This document shows positions 33,043 to 44,418 of a DNA stretch of 64,000 nucleotides, piece after piece. The position numbers and the translations under genes were made by a program. Position 1 is the stretch's first letter; each line of letters opens with the position of its first letter. The stretch comes from Clostridia bacterium (GTDB taxonomy: Bacteria > Bacillota > Clostridia > TANB77 > CAG-508). The notes below the pieces were generated by a model. The model did not search any database. It was given only the letters and a program-made list of their open reading frames with translations, and was not told the origin of the DNA. Location: assembly GCA_045537285.1 (NCBI GenBank), contig JAZSPC010000050.1, forward strand, positions 31,358 through 95,357. Direction: 5' to 3'.

Positions 33043-33075
33043 AGAAAGGTTAGTGACAATTTGTCACCGCCTTTA
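33043..33075 (+). repeat. hairpin copy 3 (GTGACAATTTGTCACC) after ORF6N gene
   Basis: Shares a (T/C)AATTTGTCACC core with copies 1 and 2. Confidence 0.4.
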
Positions 33076-33198
33076 CAAATTAATCAAATTATGTTAATAT
33101 AGCACAGTAAAACTTTATAATCTCCTTTTATTACAACATATGGAGTTTAAATATTAAACAAAAACAAAATGAATGGCAAATACCGAAGGAGGAAAAAT

Positions 33199-33393
33199 AT
33201 GTCCCGAAAAGAAAAAAGAAAATGTAGAAATTGCATATTTGCAACGTATGTTAGAGCAGATCGTATTATTGCTTGTGGCTACATATGCAAGCTTAATCCG
33301 TTTAAGCCTGTTATAATGGGACTTTGGGGAGATTGTTCTAAGAGAAAAGAGCTGAGAGCTGAACAATACCCCAAAAAGAAAAAGGATTCGTAA
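33199..33393 (+). CDS. hypothetical 64-aa basic cysteine-rich protein (CxxC ... C ... C ... C), GC-rich
   Basis: GGAGG RBS 7 nt before the ATG at 33199. The stop codon sits in the loop of a strong terminator. About 42% GC. Confidence 0.4.
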   Translation: MSRKEKRKCRNCIFATYVRADRIIACGYICKLNPFKPVIMGLWGDCSKRKELRAEQYPKKKKDS

Positions 33394-33408
33394 GAATCCT
33401 TTTTTACT
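33381..33408 (+). terminator. terminator after Cys-rich small gene
   Basis: aaaggattc-gtaa-gaatccttt plus TTTTT. Confidence 0.6.
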
Positions 33409-33489
33409 TTCTATGGTATAAACAATTTGTCTTATAACTAAGTATATGATATAATCAATGCAAACTAGTTGAAATTTGGAGGAAATAAA

Positions 33490-34179
33490 ATGAAATATAT
33501 TGGAATAATAGCTGCTATGAATGAAGAAGTGGATGCGATAAAAAAAATAATGAGAGATATTTCGGTAAAAAGGATTTATGAATTAGAATTTATAACAGGT
33601 AAAATAAATGAAAATGAAGTTGTTTTAGTAAAATGTGGAGTAGGAAAAGTAAATGCAGCAAGAACTAGTCAAATTCTATTAAACAATTTTGATATAGAAT
33701 ATGTAATGAATGTAGGAACAGCTGGTAGTTTAAATGAAAATATAGAGATAGGAGATGTCGTAATAGGAGAAAAACTTGTTCAACATGATTTTGATATAAC
33801 AGCTGCTGGAAGAGAAAAAGGATATATAACAGATGTTGGAAAATATTTTTATTCGGATAAAAATTTAATAGAAAAAACAAAACAAACAATTGAAAATATG
33901 AATGAAAACTTTAATGCTTTTATTGGAACTATTGCAACAGGAGATATATTTGTTCAAGATATAAATGTAAAGGATAGCATAAAAAAACAATTTAATGCAG
34001 ATTGTACTGAAATGGAAGGAGCCGCAATAGCTCAGGTGTGTGCGCTTGACAATATTCCTTATATTGTTATACGTTCAATTTCTGACAAGCCAAATGGAAA
34101 TAATGCAATTGATTTTGAAAAATACTTAGAACTTGCATGTGAAAGATATACCAAATTTATTGACATTTTTCTTAATTAA
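33490..34179 (+). CDS. mtnN: 5'-methylthioadenosine/S-adenosylhomocysteine nucleosidase
   Basis: MKYIGIIAAMNEE start, PNP_UDP_1 fold motifs, 229 aa. Confidence 0.85.
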   Translation: MKYIGIIAAMNEEVDAIKKIMRDISVKRIYELEFITGKINENEVVLVKCGVGKVNAARTSQILLNNFDIEYVMNVGTAGSLNENIEIGDVVIGEKLVQHDFDITAAGREKGYITDVGKYFYSDKNLIEKTKQTIENMNENFNAFIGTIATGDIFVQDINVKDSIKKQFNADCTEMEGAAIAQVCALDNIPYIVIRSISDKPNGNNAIDFEKYLELACERYTKFIDIFLN

Positions 34180-34246
34180 TTATATACTTATGTCGAGTTT
34201 GAAATATAATTGTAATTTCAAATAATAAAAAGTAAAAGAGGTAAAA

Positions 34247-35740
34247 ATGAGATTATTAAATAAAGTAAAAATCACATTACTAATACTATTTTTTATAACC
34301 ATATTTTTAAATGTAAAAGCTTTTGCAGTAACAGGGGTTATTACGGAAATAACAGTTAATATGAGAAAAGAGCCTTCAACAAGTTCAAAAGTTTTAAGAT
34401 TTGTAACACAAGATTACAAAGTAGAAGTTTTAGAAAAAGTTGGAGAATGGTATAAAATAAAATACAATGGAGTTACAGGATATGTTTTTGGGGAATATGT
34501 AAAGGTTGATGAAAGTAAAATTGAAACTAATAAGCAAGAAGATGTAACCAACAAAAATGAAGAAACAAATAACTCACAAAAAGAAGATGAAAAAGAACAA
34601 ATACAAGATGTAACAACAGATATTGAAGTAGAGTTACAAATTAAAGAAAATGGGACATTAAGATTAGTACCTAATATAATATCAAATGTAATATATACAG
34701 CGAAGAAAGTGACATCGGTTGAAGTTATAGAACAATTTTCTGGTTGGTCATATGTGTATGTGGATAATACATATGGTTGGATAAGAACAGATAGTATAGT
34801 AGAAAAAAATTCTACTCAAACAAACAAAGATGATGAAGAGATAGAATATGTAGAAAGAACAGTAGCATATGTAAAATATTCAAGTGTAAATTTAAGAAAA
34901 AAAGCATCAACATCATCAGCGGTAATAGGAAAATTAAAATTAAATAATGAAGTAATAGTATTAGAAAAAGTTGATTCCAAATGGTCAAAAATAGAGTATG
35001 ATGGAATCACAGGTTATGTTTCAACAGACCTGTTATCTTCTAAAAAAGTAGAAGAGAAAGAAGAAAGTAGTTCTACATCAAGAGATGGTGAAACTGTTTC
35101 AAGAGATGAAGTAGTTGAAAACAAAAAAGAAGAAACTACTAAAAAGGAAGAAATAACTACAAATAAAGATACAGCTGTAAAAGAAGAAAATAAAGAACAA
35201 GAAAAAGATACAACAACTAACAAAGATGATAAAAAAGAAGAAACAAATAATAAAGTAGAAGAAAAGGAAGAAACTTCAAAAGATACTGAAATAAAACAAG
35301 AAGATACTAAAAAGGAAGAGGAATCTTCAAAAAATGAGATTACAACAACTTTAAAAACAAAAGGTGAAGAAATTGTAGAATATGCAAAAACATTTTTAGG
35401 TTATGACTATGTATATGGAGGTTCGTCTCCTAAAACAGGTTTTGATTGTTCAGGGTTTACATCTTACGTATATAAGAAATTTGGATATACATTATCAAGG
35501 GCATCAACAGCACAAGCTAAAAATGGTGTAGAAGTAAGCAAGTCTGAATTACAACCAGGAGATTTGCTTATATTCAAAAATCAAGCATTAACAAGAATTG
35601 GACATGTTGGAATATACATAGGAAATAATAAAATGATACATGCATCAGAACCAGGTGTTGGAGTTACAATTACAGATTTGGATGCAAGAGGATATAATTA
35701 TAACAAAAGATTTGTAACAGCAAGAAGAATAGTTAAATAA
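34247..35740 (+). CDS. cell-wall hydrolase: signal peptide, SH3b repeats, E/K/T-rich linker, C-terminal NlpC/P60 endopeptidase
   Basis: SH3_3-like repeats (GVTGYVFGEYVK, GITGYVS). C-terminal DCSGF...H catalytic motifs. Confidence 0.7.
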   Translation: MRLLNKVKITLLILFFITIFLNVKAFAVTGVITEITVNMRKEPSTSSKVLRFVTQDYKVEVLEKVGEWYKIKYNGVTGYVFGEYVKVDESKIETNKQEDVTNKNEETNNSQKEDEKEQIQDVTTDIEVELQIKENGTLRLVPNIISNVIYTAKKVTSVEVIEQFSGWSYVYVDNTYGWIRTDSIVEKNSTQTNKDDEEIEYVERTVAYVKYSSVNLRKKASTSSAVIGKLKLNNEVIVLEKVDSKWSKIEYDGITGYVSTDLLSSKKVEEKEESSSTSRDGETVSRDEVVENKKEETTKKEEITTNKDTAVKEENKEQEKDTTTNKDDKKEETNNKVEEKEETSKDTEIKQEDTKKEEESSKNEITTTLKTKGEEIVEYAKTFLGYDYVYGGSSPKTGFDCSGFTSYVYKKFGYTLSRASTAQAKNGVEVSKSELQPGDLLIFKNQALTRIGHVGIYIGNNKMIHASEPGVGVTITDLDARGYNYNKRFVTARRIVK

Positions 35741-35765
35741 AAGGGGGAGCAGAATAGGAGAAATT

Positions 35766-38185
35766 TTGAAAAGACCTATTTTGATAATAACATTAGGATT
35801 TTTAATAGGAATTATATTGGGGCTATATTTAAATATAGCTCCATTTTTGTTTTTAATTTTAATATTTGTAACTTTGATAATTAAATATATTCCATTAAAA
35901 AGTACTAATAATTATATAAGAGTATTAAATGTATTTGTAAAAAATAATATTATATTACTTATTTTAATATCATCTTTTATATCCAGCATATATTTAGTTT
36001 ATTGTAATAAAAAGTATGAAGAGGTGTATTACAATTTTAATAAAACAGATATTATTGCAACAGTTGTAAGTAACAAAAAGGAAAGTCAATACAAAGATAG
36101 TTATGAAATTAAATTAGAAGAGTGCGAAGGTATTAAATTTATATTGAGAGTATCTAAAAGTAAAAATAAACAGATAAACTATGCGGATAAAATAAAGGTT
36201 AAAGGTGAATATATTGTTCCAGAACAATCAAGAAATTATGGGGGATTTAATTATAGAGAGTATTTAAAAACAGAAGGAATTTATGGCATCTTTGAAGCAG
36301 ATAAAGTAGAAGTTTTAGAAAGTAATAATTTGAATATAATAGATATATTTACGAATAATCTAAAACAAAAAATTATAACTAATATTAATAAGATATTGCC
36401 ACAAAATACAAAAGATTTATTTTTAGGAATCTTAATAGGATATGATGACAATTTAAGTGAGGATATTGAAGAAAGTTTTAGAAAGAGTAGTTTAACACAT
36501 TTGCTTGCTGTTTCTGGTTCTCATATTGTATATATTATAACTGGACTAGGGTTTCTTTTAAGAATATTAAAAATTCCTAAGAGAACAAGAAATATTATAA
36601 TTATTATATTTCTTATATTATTCATGTATATAGTAGATTTTAGCGCATCTGTTGTACGAGCTTCTATAATGGGAATTATTCTTTTATTTTCATTGATATT
36701 TTATAGAAAAAACGACTTGTTAACTTCTATTAGCTTATCTGTTTTATTAATCTTATCACAGAATCCATACAAGATACTAAATATTGGGCTGTTGCTTTCG
36801 TATTTTGCAACAATAGGAATAATTTGTGGGACTAAACAGAAATCTAAAAAAGAAGAGAAGAGTGGATTATTAGAACATATACTAAATTATTTAAAAGAAC
36901 TAATATCTATCACTCTATATGCTAATATTTTTGTTCTGCTAATTACAGTATATAATTTTAATACAATATCTTTAACATTTGTTATATCTAACTTAATAGC
37001 AGGTATATTAATAGGTTCAATAACTATTGGTGGGTTTATATTAGCAATCGTTTCATTAATTAATCTAAAATTAGCTTATATTATTGGTATTCCATATAAT
37101 CTATTATTAGAGCTTTTGATTTATAGTACAAAGTTAACAAGTATAGGACCATTTGCAGAGATTTTTGTTCCAACGCCAAATATTGTTTTAATTATTATTT
37201 ATTATCTAATTTTATTTTTAGCCCTATTATATTTTAATTCGAAACATTTAGAACACAGAAGATTTTTAATAAGAAAGGTTATAATTTGTATTGATAATGC
37301 TCGCAAATATTTAAAAGAAAATTATAAATTTATTATCATTTTATTTTCATTATTAACATTTATATTTTATATCTTAAACAAAATTCCAAAAGATTTAAAA
37401 ATTTATTTTATAGATGTAGGGCAAGGAGATAGTGCTTTAATTATAACTCCTACAAATAAAAAAATATTAATAGATAGCGGTGGTGCTGAAACTGGCAATT
37501 TTGATGTAGGGAAAAGCACTTTGTTTCCATACTTACTAGACAGAGGCATTACTAGCTTAGACTATATTTGCATATCACATTTTGACTCAGACCATTGTGA
37601 TGGATTTAAATATTTGTTAGAAAATATGAAAATAAAAAATATTATTTTATCCAAACAATATGATAGTACAAGCAATTTTGAAGAAATAATGGAAATTGTA
37701 GCAAAGAAAAAAGTAAATATTATAAAAGTAGAAGCGGGAAAAATATTAAGAATAGATAATTTTGTAAAGTTTAAAATATTTAGTCCAGAAGAAAAATTGA
37801 CAGATGATATAAATGATAATTCTATTGTAATGAAATTAGAATACTATAACTTTTCTTGTTTATTTACAGGAGATATATCACAACAGATAGAAGAAAAACT
37901 GGTAGAAGAGTATGGAAGTTCTTTAAAGTCTACTGTATTAAAAGTAGCACATCACCGGTTCAAAAACATCATCAGCAGAAGAGTTTATAAATACTGTTAA
38001 ACCCAAAGTGGCATTAATTGGTGTGGGAAAAAACAATAAATTTGGGCATCCAAGTCAGTATGTAATAGAACGATTAGGAAGTGTACGGAGCAAAAATTTA
38101 TAGAACAGACGTAGGCGGTGAAATCAGTATTGTAGTAAATAGAAAAGGAGGATTTAAAATAAAAGAATTCATAGCTAGTAGTTAA
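35766..38185 (+). pseudogene. comEC: DNA internalization competence protein ComEC/Rec2 with two +1 frameshifts near the 3' end (extra C at about 37956 and about 38086)
   Basis: DUF4131, competence and metallo-beta-lactamase domains. The conserved C-terminus (VAHHGSKTSS...KPKVALIGVGKNNKFGHPS..., ...KIYRTDVGGEISIVV) is recovered only by shifting frame twice. Confidence 0.6.
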
Positions 38186-38312
38186 TCTTAAAAAATTTAA
38201 ACTAGCGGAATCTCGCGAGTTTAAAGACGCAATTATTTACTTGGATTTTTTGTATAATTTATATCTTTTTAGTAAATAATAGTAAAAAAGGTTATATAAA
38301 GGAATGAGATAT

Positions 38313-38900
38313 ATGATGAATAAAAAAATAGCTATTACTATAAGTATTGTATCGATAATTTTATTAGGAATTGTGTTTGGGTATATAATGAGTGATAATA
38401 ATAGTCCAACAGTAAATGAAAACACAATAATGTATAATGATAATGTTTTGGCTTTGGAAGAAAATGAAAATATATTATTAATTGAAACATCAGTAGAAGA
38501 GGAGAGAACTACCCCTAATACTTTAATTATTTACAAAACTTATTATACAAAATGTAAGCATTATATTAAAAGATATGAAGATATTGATGTGTCATTGGTT
38601 AATTTAACAGAAAAAGAATTTAAAGAAAAAACAAGAGGTTGGAGTATAGAAAAATTTTCAAGTGAAGAAGTTGAATTATCAAAAGAAGAAGAGATTTTTT
38701 GTAATGAGCATTATAAATTAAAGTTAGAAAATAATGTTATAGTAATATACAAAATAGATGAAGTGGGAGTGGAAACGCAGTATGAACAAACAGGTATTAC
38801 AACAGAATATTTAACTAATGAAGATATATTAAAATTAACAACTGGAATAGAGGTATATGGAAAAGAAAATTTAAGCAATACAATGGAAGATTACGAATAA
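38313..38900 (+). CDS. membrane-anchored hypothetical protein, BofC-like (tentative)
   Basis: N-terminal TM plus a two-lobed extracytoplasmic part. Weak resemblance to BofC. Confidence 0.3.
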   Translation: MMNKKIAITISIVSIILLGIVFGYIMSDNNSPTVNENTIMYNDNVLALEENENILLIETSVEEERTTPNTLIIYKTYYTKCKHYIKRYEDIDVSLVNLTEKEFKEKTRGWSIEKFSSEEVELSKEEEIFCNEHYKLKLENNVIVIYKIDEVGVETQYEQTGITTEYLTNEDILKLTTGIEVYGKENLSNTMEDYE

Positions 38901-38933
38901 AAAAGTGGATAAGAATTAACTTATCCACTTTTA
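38901..38933. terminator. bidirectional terminator between convergent genes
   Basis: aaaagtggataag/cttatccactttt stem. Confidence 0.6.
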
Positions 38934-38942
38934 AACATTTTA

Positions 38943-39512
38943 TTATTTACTCATTACTTTTTCGTTTAATTTTAAGCTTTCTTTCTTTAAATAGCCTTTC
39001 ATATAAAATTCTCTAAAATACATAACAAGAGAGAAAATAGTCATTGTTACAGCTATATAATATATTATTAAATCTATACTATTTTGAATTCCTAAATCTC
39101 TAAAAATCATTGATAGAACTATTGCTAAATAAAATAATACTGTTGCTGCTTTTCCATACCATTTGCTAGAAACAACTAATTCTTTACCATATAGGAAAGA
39201 AGCACCAGCTACCATTGCAGCTTCTTTAACTAAAACTACAACTAATATCCATAAAGGAATAATATTTTTAACAACCAAAGTTCCTAAAATAGAAACTTGT
39301 GTAATTTTATCAGCTAATGGGTCTATTAGTTTTCCAAAGTTAGTTATTAAATTAAATTTTCTAGCAATTGCACCATCTAGCACATCTGTTAAACCAGAGA
39401 TAGTAAGTACAATCATAGCTGCTATATATTTGTCTTGGGTAAGATAATATATAGTGAAAGGTATTAGGAAAAACCTTAATACTGTAAGAATATTTGGTAC
39501 ATATTTTAACAT
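38943..39512 (-). CDS. pgsA: CDP-diacylglycerol--glycerol-3-phosphate 3-phosphatidyltransferase
   Basis: CDP-alcohol phosphatidyltransferase motif DG...AR...G...D...D. Confidence 0.8.
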   Translation of the reverse strand: MLKYVPNILTVLRFFLIPFTIYYLTQDKYIAAMIVLTISGLTDVLDGAIARKFNLITNFGKLIDPLADKITQVSILGTLVVKNIIPLWILVVVLVKEAAMVAGASFLYGKELVVSSKWYGKAATVLFYLAIVLSMIFRDLGIQNSIDLIIYYIAVTMTIFSLVMYFREFYMKGYLKKESLKLNEKVMSK

Positions 39513-39524
39513 ATTTGCCCTCCG

Positions 39525-41828
39525 TTAATTAATAGAGAATATAAAATCATTTTCTTTTGCGTTTATTTGTATATTTTGCCCATCTTGAAGTTCTTTTCTT
39601 AATATTTGCTCAGAAAGTTCATCTTCAATATATCTTTGAATAGCTCTTCTTAAAGGTCTTGCACCATATTTTAAATCAGTGCCTTTTTCTAGTAATAATT
39701 CTTTTGCTGCATCTGTAATACTAAATTCAATATTCTTATCTGCTAATGCTTTTTTTGTATCTAATAACATCAAATCTACAATTTGTATTAATTCTTCTTT
39801 ATTTAAACTATCAAATACAACAATTTCATCTACTCTGTTTAAAAACTCGGGTCTAAATACTTCTTTTAAGCTATCTAATATTTTAGTTTTATTTATAACA
39901 GATGTATTTCCGAAACCGATAGAGTTGTTATTTAAGTTAGAACCTGCATTTGATGTCATAATAATTATTGTATTTTCAAAACTTACTGTATTTCCTTGCG
40001 AATCTGTTAGTTTTCCGTCATCTAAAACTTGAAGCAATATATTAAACACATCTGGATGAGCTTTTTCAATTTCATCTAAAAGAATAATTGAATAAGGCTT
40101 TCTTTTTACTTTTTCAGTAAGTTGCCCTGCGTCGTCATAACCAACATAACCTGGTGGAGAACCTATTAATTTAGAAGTAGAGTGTTTTTCCATATATTCA
40201 GACATATCTACTCTAATAATAGAATCTTCATTTCCAAACATTTCATATGCTAAGCTTTTAGCAAGCCATGTTTTACCAACACCAGTTGGTCCAACAAATA
40301 TAAATGAAGGTGGTCTTTTTGTTGATTTTAAACCAGCTCTATTTCTTCTGATAGCACGACTAACAGCTTCAATTGCTGCATTTTGTCCAATAATTCTTTT
40401 ATGAAGATTTTCTTCTAAGTTTAGTAATTTATCTGTTTCAGCTTCTGTTATTTTATTAACAGGAATTTTAGTCCAGTTTTCTATAACATTTGCTATATCT
40501 TCAATTGTTAAATTTGGTAATACTATTTTCTTATTTAAATTATCAATATCTTCAATTAATTGGCATTCACGAGTCTTTAAATCAGCTGCTTTTTGATAAT
40601 CTTCTGTTGAATCTGCTTGTGCAGCTTCTTCTTTTTGGGTTTGAACCTTTGCAAGTTCATTTTTTAAAACTTCTAATTTAAATAATTCTACATTATCAAG
40701 ATTTTTTCTAGAACACGCCTCATCTAATATATCAATTGCTTTGTCTGGTAAAAATCTATCATGTATATATTTTTCTGACATTTCAACAGTCTTTTTAATT
40801 ACATCATTAGAAATTTTAACTTTATGATAATCTTCATAATACTTTTTAATTCCATTTAATATAGAAATAGAATCATCTACATTGGGTTCTTCAACTAAAA
40901 CACTTTGGAATCTTCTTTCTAAGGCAGAATCTTTTTCAATATATTTTCTATATTCTCTTAAAGTAGTTGTTCCTATTATTTGGATTTCACCATTTGCAAG
41001 AGAAGGCTTTAATATATTTGCAGCACTCATTGAGCTTTCAGAATCACCTGCACCAATAATATTGTGGATTTCGTCTATAACTAAAATTATATTTCCAAGT
41101 GATTTACATTCATCAATAATTGCTTTCATTCTACTTTCAAATTGACCTCTAAATTGAGTACCAGCGACTACTGCTGTCATATCTAAAAGATAAACTTCTT
41201 TATTTATTAATTTAGCAGGTACATTTGAACTTGCAATTTTTAAAGCTAATCCTTGTGCAATTGCAGTTTTACCTACACCAGGTTCACCTATTAAACAAGG
41301 ATTATTTTTTGTACGTCTATTTAAAATTTGAATAACTCTGTCAATTTCTTTATTTCTTCCAATAACAGTATCAATTTGATTATTTTTTGCCTTAACTGTT
41401 AAATTTGTTCCAAAAGTATCTAAGTATTTTTTCTTCTTGTTATCTTTTGGTTTTTTTTCAACCTTAACTTTCTTATTTCCTGAACCAGCATTTTGACCAG
41501 CCTCTTGGGTAGTGCTTCCACCACCAAACATACCAAATATTGAGCCTAACGGAATACCATTTTGTCCATTCATTTCGTCCATATCTATTTCCATATTTTC
41601 ATTATTTAAGCTATTTGTTAAATCTTTGAATATTACTCCAAATTGTGAAGCCATTTGGTCTAAATTTATATTTGGGGCATTATTTATATTTTCCCCATTA
41701 TTATCAATTAAAATTCCTTTTTCCTTAGCACAACTTCTACAATAACCAACTAATTTTTTAGGGTCATCGCTTGTAGGTTCGTTGATAAAAATTGTTGCCT
41801 GATTCTTATTACATTTTGAACATAACAT
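39525..41828 (-). CDS. clpE: ATP-dependent Clp protease ATP-binding subunit ClpE (N-terminal zinc finger, two AAA+ modules)
   Basis: N-terminal CxxC...CxxC, two Walker [17 protein letters not shown]. 767 aa. Confidence 0.8.
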   Translation of the reverse strand: MLCSKCNKNQATIFINEPTSDDPKKLVGYCRSCAKEKGILIDNNGENINNAPNINLDQMASQFGVIFKDLTNSLNNENMEIDMDEMNGQNGIPLGSIFGMFGGGSTTQEAGQNAGSGNKKVKVEKKPKDNKKKKYLDTFGTNLTVKAKNNQIDTVIGRNKEIDRVIQILNRRTKNNPCLIGEPGVGKTAIAQGLALKIASSNVPAKLINKEVYLLDMTAVVAGTQFRGQFESRMKAIIDECKSLGNIILVIDEIHNIIGAGDSESSMSAANILKPSLANGEIQIIGTTTLREYRKYIEKDSALERRFQSVLVEEPNVDDSISILNGIKKYYEDYHKVKISNDVIKKTVEMSEKYIHDRFLPDKAIDILDEACSRKNLDNVELFKLEVLKNELAKVQTQKEEAAQADSTEDYQKAADLKTRECQLIEDIDNLNKKIVLPNLTIEDIANVIENWTKIPVNKITEAETDKLLNLEENLHKRIIGQNAAIEAVSRAIRRNRAGLKSTKRPPSFIFVGPTGVGKTWLAKSLAYEMFGNEDSIIRVDMSEYMEKHSTSKLIGSPPGYVGYDDAGQLTEKVKRKPYSIILLDEIEKAHPDVFNILLQVLDDGKLTDSQGNTVSFENTIIIMTSNAGSNLNNNSIGFGNTSVINKTKILDSLKEVFRPEFLNRVDEIVVFDSLNKEELIQIVDLMLLDTKKALADKNIEFSITDAAKELLLEKGTDLKYGARPLRRAIQRYIEDELSEQILRKELQDGQNIQINAKENDFIFSIN

Positions 41829-41931
41829 ATACGTCTCTCCTTTATTTTACTACAAGTATAATAATACACCAAAACATGCTAATAGTCAATAGAAAAACAC
41901 TATTTAAACTTACGGAAAAAAGTGATTGAAA

Positions 41932-41968
41932 AATTTCTGTATGCGTGGTATAATGAATGCAGAAATTA
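41932..41968 (+). promoter_or_regulatory. promoter TTGAAA-17-TGnTATAAT for yibE/F-like gene
   Basis: ttgaaaaatttctgtatgcgtggtataat. Confidence 0.4.
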
Positions 41969-41997
41969 CAAAAATCGACAAAATAGGGGAGTAAAAA

Positions 41998-42857
41998 TGA
42001 AAACAAAAGTAGCAACAATAGCACTAATGATTTTAATAATAGTATCAAGCATATTACCAGTTTATGCAGAAGAAAGTTTTGATAGTGTAAAAGCAAAAGT
42101 CATAGAAAATAAAGGTGTTCAAGAAGTTGAACAAGAAGATGGAACAATTAAGAGAGAACAGAGTACTGAAATAAGAATTCTTGAAGGAGAATATGAACAC
42201 GAAGAATACGAAATGATATATATAATATCAGAGGATATTAATGGTTTAACTTCAAATACTGAATTAAAAGAAGATGATATTATATTAGTAAGCATTGAAG
42301 AAGAAAATGGGGAAATAACAGGTGTAACGTATAAACAAACTGTAAATAAAAATTATTATATATACGCAATATTAATAGGTTTAATAATATTAGCGATAGT
42401 TATAGCAAGAAAGAATGCAATAAAACCATTAATAGCATTCATAGTATCTATATTATTAGTATCAGGAGTATTTGTTTTAGCTATTAATCAAAAATGGAAT
42501 TTAATATTAATATCAAGCGCAGTTTCATTAGTTGTAACAGTATTTATAGCTATTAAAGTAAATGGAATAAATAAGAAAACATGGCTTATGATAGCGTGTT
42601 CAATTGTAGGAACAGCTATTGCAGGGATAATAGCATATATATTATTTGACATTATAAATTTAACAAATGTAAATATTAAAATGGCAGAAAGTTTTATAAA
42701 TATTAAAGAAATATTTGTAATAGCTACAATACTATTCGGAGGAGTACTTGCAAATATTATAGTATTATCATCACTAAATATTTTTAACTTTTTAAATAAA
42801 CCATATAAAAGGAAATCAGATAATATTATTCAAGGACAAAGAAGTTTAAAATTGTAA
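41998..42857 (+). CDS. YibE/F-family membrane protein
   Basis: Signal/TM start followed by a multi-TM body. Family assignment tentative. Confidence 0.45.
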
Positions 42858-43003
42858 TATAAAAGAAGCTAGAACATTTTTGTTCTAGCTTTTAAAAATA
42901 AAAGGGGATGTTAGTAGCAAATTAATTTCTTTTGCTATGTTAATAAATATATCAATTTAATATGTATTTTGTGTGAAAATAAAGAGGAAATATAATGAAA
43001 CAA

Positions 43004-43031
43004 AAAGAGTAGCTTTTGTAGCTACTCTTTT
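43004..43031. terminator. bidirectional terminator
   Basis: aaaagagtagc-ttttgta-gctactctttt. Confidence 0.6.
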
Positions 43032-43034
43032 ATA

Positions 43035-44234
43035 TTATTGTTCTTGCAAAGTTAAAGTAATTTCTTTTTCTGTACCATTTCTATTTATTTTTACCGTCAT
43101 TTTATCTCCAACTTTGTGTTTGTTTTTAATTTCATTTAATTCATCCATTGTTGTGATTTTTGTGCCATCAGCCTCTATAATAACATCTCCAATTTTTAAC
43201 CCAGCTTTTTCAGCAGCAGAAAAATTATCGATAGTTTTTACATAAATACCAATTACTAAATTATTCTTTTTAGCTAATGCTTCTGTTATGTCAATACCAC
43301 CAATACCGATATATGGTCTTGAAATTTTTCCATTAGTTTTTAATTCATTGTATACATCTAATGTAGAGTTAATTGGAATAGCAAAACCAATTCCTTCAAC
43401 ACCTGTACCAGAAAGTTTTAAAGTATTAATACCTATAACATTTCCATCTCCATTTACTAATGCTCCACCACTATTACCAGAATTTATTGCAGCATCTGTT
43501 TGAATTAAGTTGTAGGTAATACCTGTTTCAGAATCATTAACTTCTCTATTTTTAGCACTCACAATTCCACAAGAAATACTGCTTTGTAATCCTAATGGGT
43601 TACCAATTGCCATTGCAAATTCACCAACTTGTACCGAATCTGAATCACCAAGTTCAGCAGCAGTAAGTCCAGTCTTTTCAATTTTAATAACTGCTAAATC
43701 TGTTTGTGTATCACTACCAACAATTTTCGCTTCGTATTCGGTTTCATCATTATATAATTTTACGGTAACCTTTGTAGCTTCTGTAATTTGATAATATGAC
43801 GAGGATGAAGTACTATTAACAACATGGTTATTTGTTAAAATATATCCATCTGAACTAACAATAATTCCAGAACCAGAACCTTGTGAAGTAGATGTTCCTC
43901 CAAATAATGAATTTACTTTGTATTCAACAGTTATTCCAACGATTGATGGCAAAACCTTATTTGCAACAGCTATTGCAGTATTAGAATAATCTTTTAAATT
44001 AATAGTATTTACAACAGGACCTTCTGTTATTGTTAATCCTGTATTTGTATAAATAGTATTGCTTAATAATTTGTTTCTAATATTAGGCATTCCAAAACAA
44101 ATACCTATTACTAAAAAAGTTCCAAGTGCACTTGAACAAAATGGAACAAATGCATTTTTGAAAAAGCTAGGATTTTTTTCTTTTTTTTCTGAACTATATA
44201 CTTTATATATAGGCTCATTATTATTTACTTCCAT
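43035..44234 (-). CDS. htrA: HtrA/DegP-family serine protease with PDZ domain
   Basis: Trypsin-like catalytic triad context (GNSGGAL) and C-terminal PDZ. Confidence 0.85.
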   Translation of the reverse strand: MEVNNNEPIYKVYSSEKKEKNPSFFKNAFVPFCSSALGTFLVIGICFGMPNIRNKLLSNTIYTNTGLTITEGPVVNTINLKDYSNTAIAVANKVLPSIVGITVEYKVNSLFGGTSTSQGSGSGIIVSSDGYILTNNHVVNSTSSSSYYQITEATKVTVKLYNDETEYEAKIVGSDTQTDLAVIKIEKTGLTAAELGDSDSVQVGEFAMAIGNPLGLQSSISCGIVSAKNREVNDSETGITYNLIQTDAAINSGNSGGALVNGDGNVIGINTLKLSGTGVEGIGFAIPINSTLDVYNELKTNGKISRPYIGIGGIDITEALAKKNNLVIGIYVKTIDNFSAAEKAGLKIGDVIIEADGTKITTMDELNEIKNKHKVGDKMTVKINRNGTEKEITLTLQEQ

Positions 44235-44418
44235 TATTATCCTCCTAAAATATGTATAGTTATAATATAACCTAAATTAAATCAATAATACAATATGTTT
44301 GTGAAGAAAATGTGAAAAAAACATAAAAATTAAATTAACTATAAAAATTTAAAAATATATGATATAATACATAAATACTTTATAATTTAAATAATATTAT
44401 TTCTATAAGGAGGACGAA

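Noticed and set aside
33154-33366. 70-aa minus-strand ORF overlapping the Cys-rich gene
   Set aside because: No RBS. The plus-strand ORF has a GGAGG RBS, a promoter-like sequence and a terminator positioned for it.
41829-41930. CtsR operator upstream of clpE
   Set aside because: Only one good heptad (AGTCAAT) near the -35. The second direct repeat (AAAACAC) does not match GGTCAAA. Too weak to call.
42973-43245. 90-aa plus-strand ORF
   Set aside because: Antisense within htrA, which has strong homology support.
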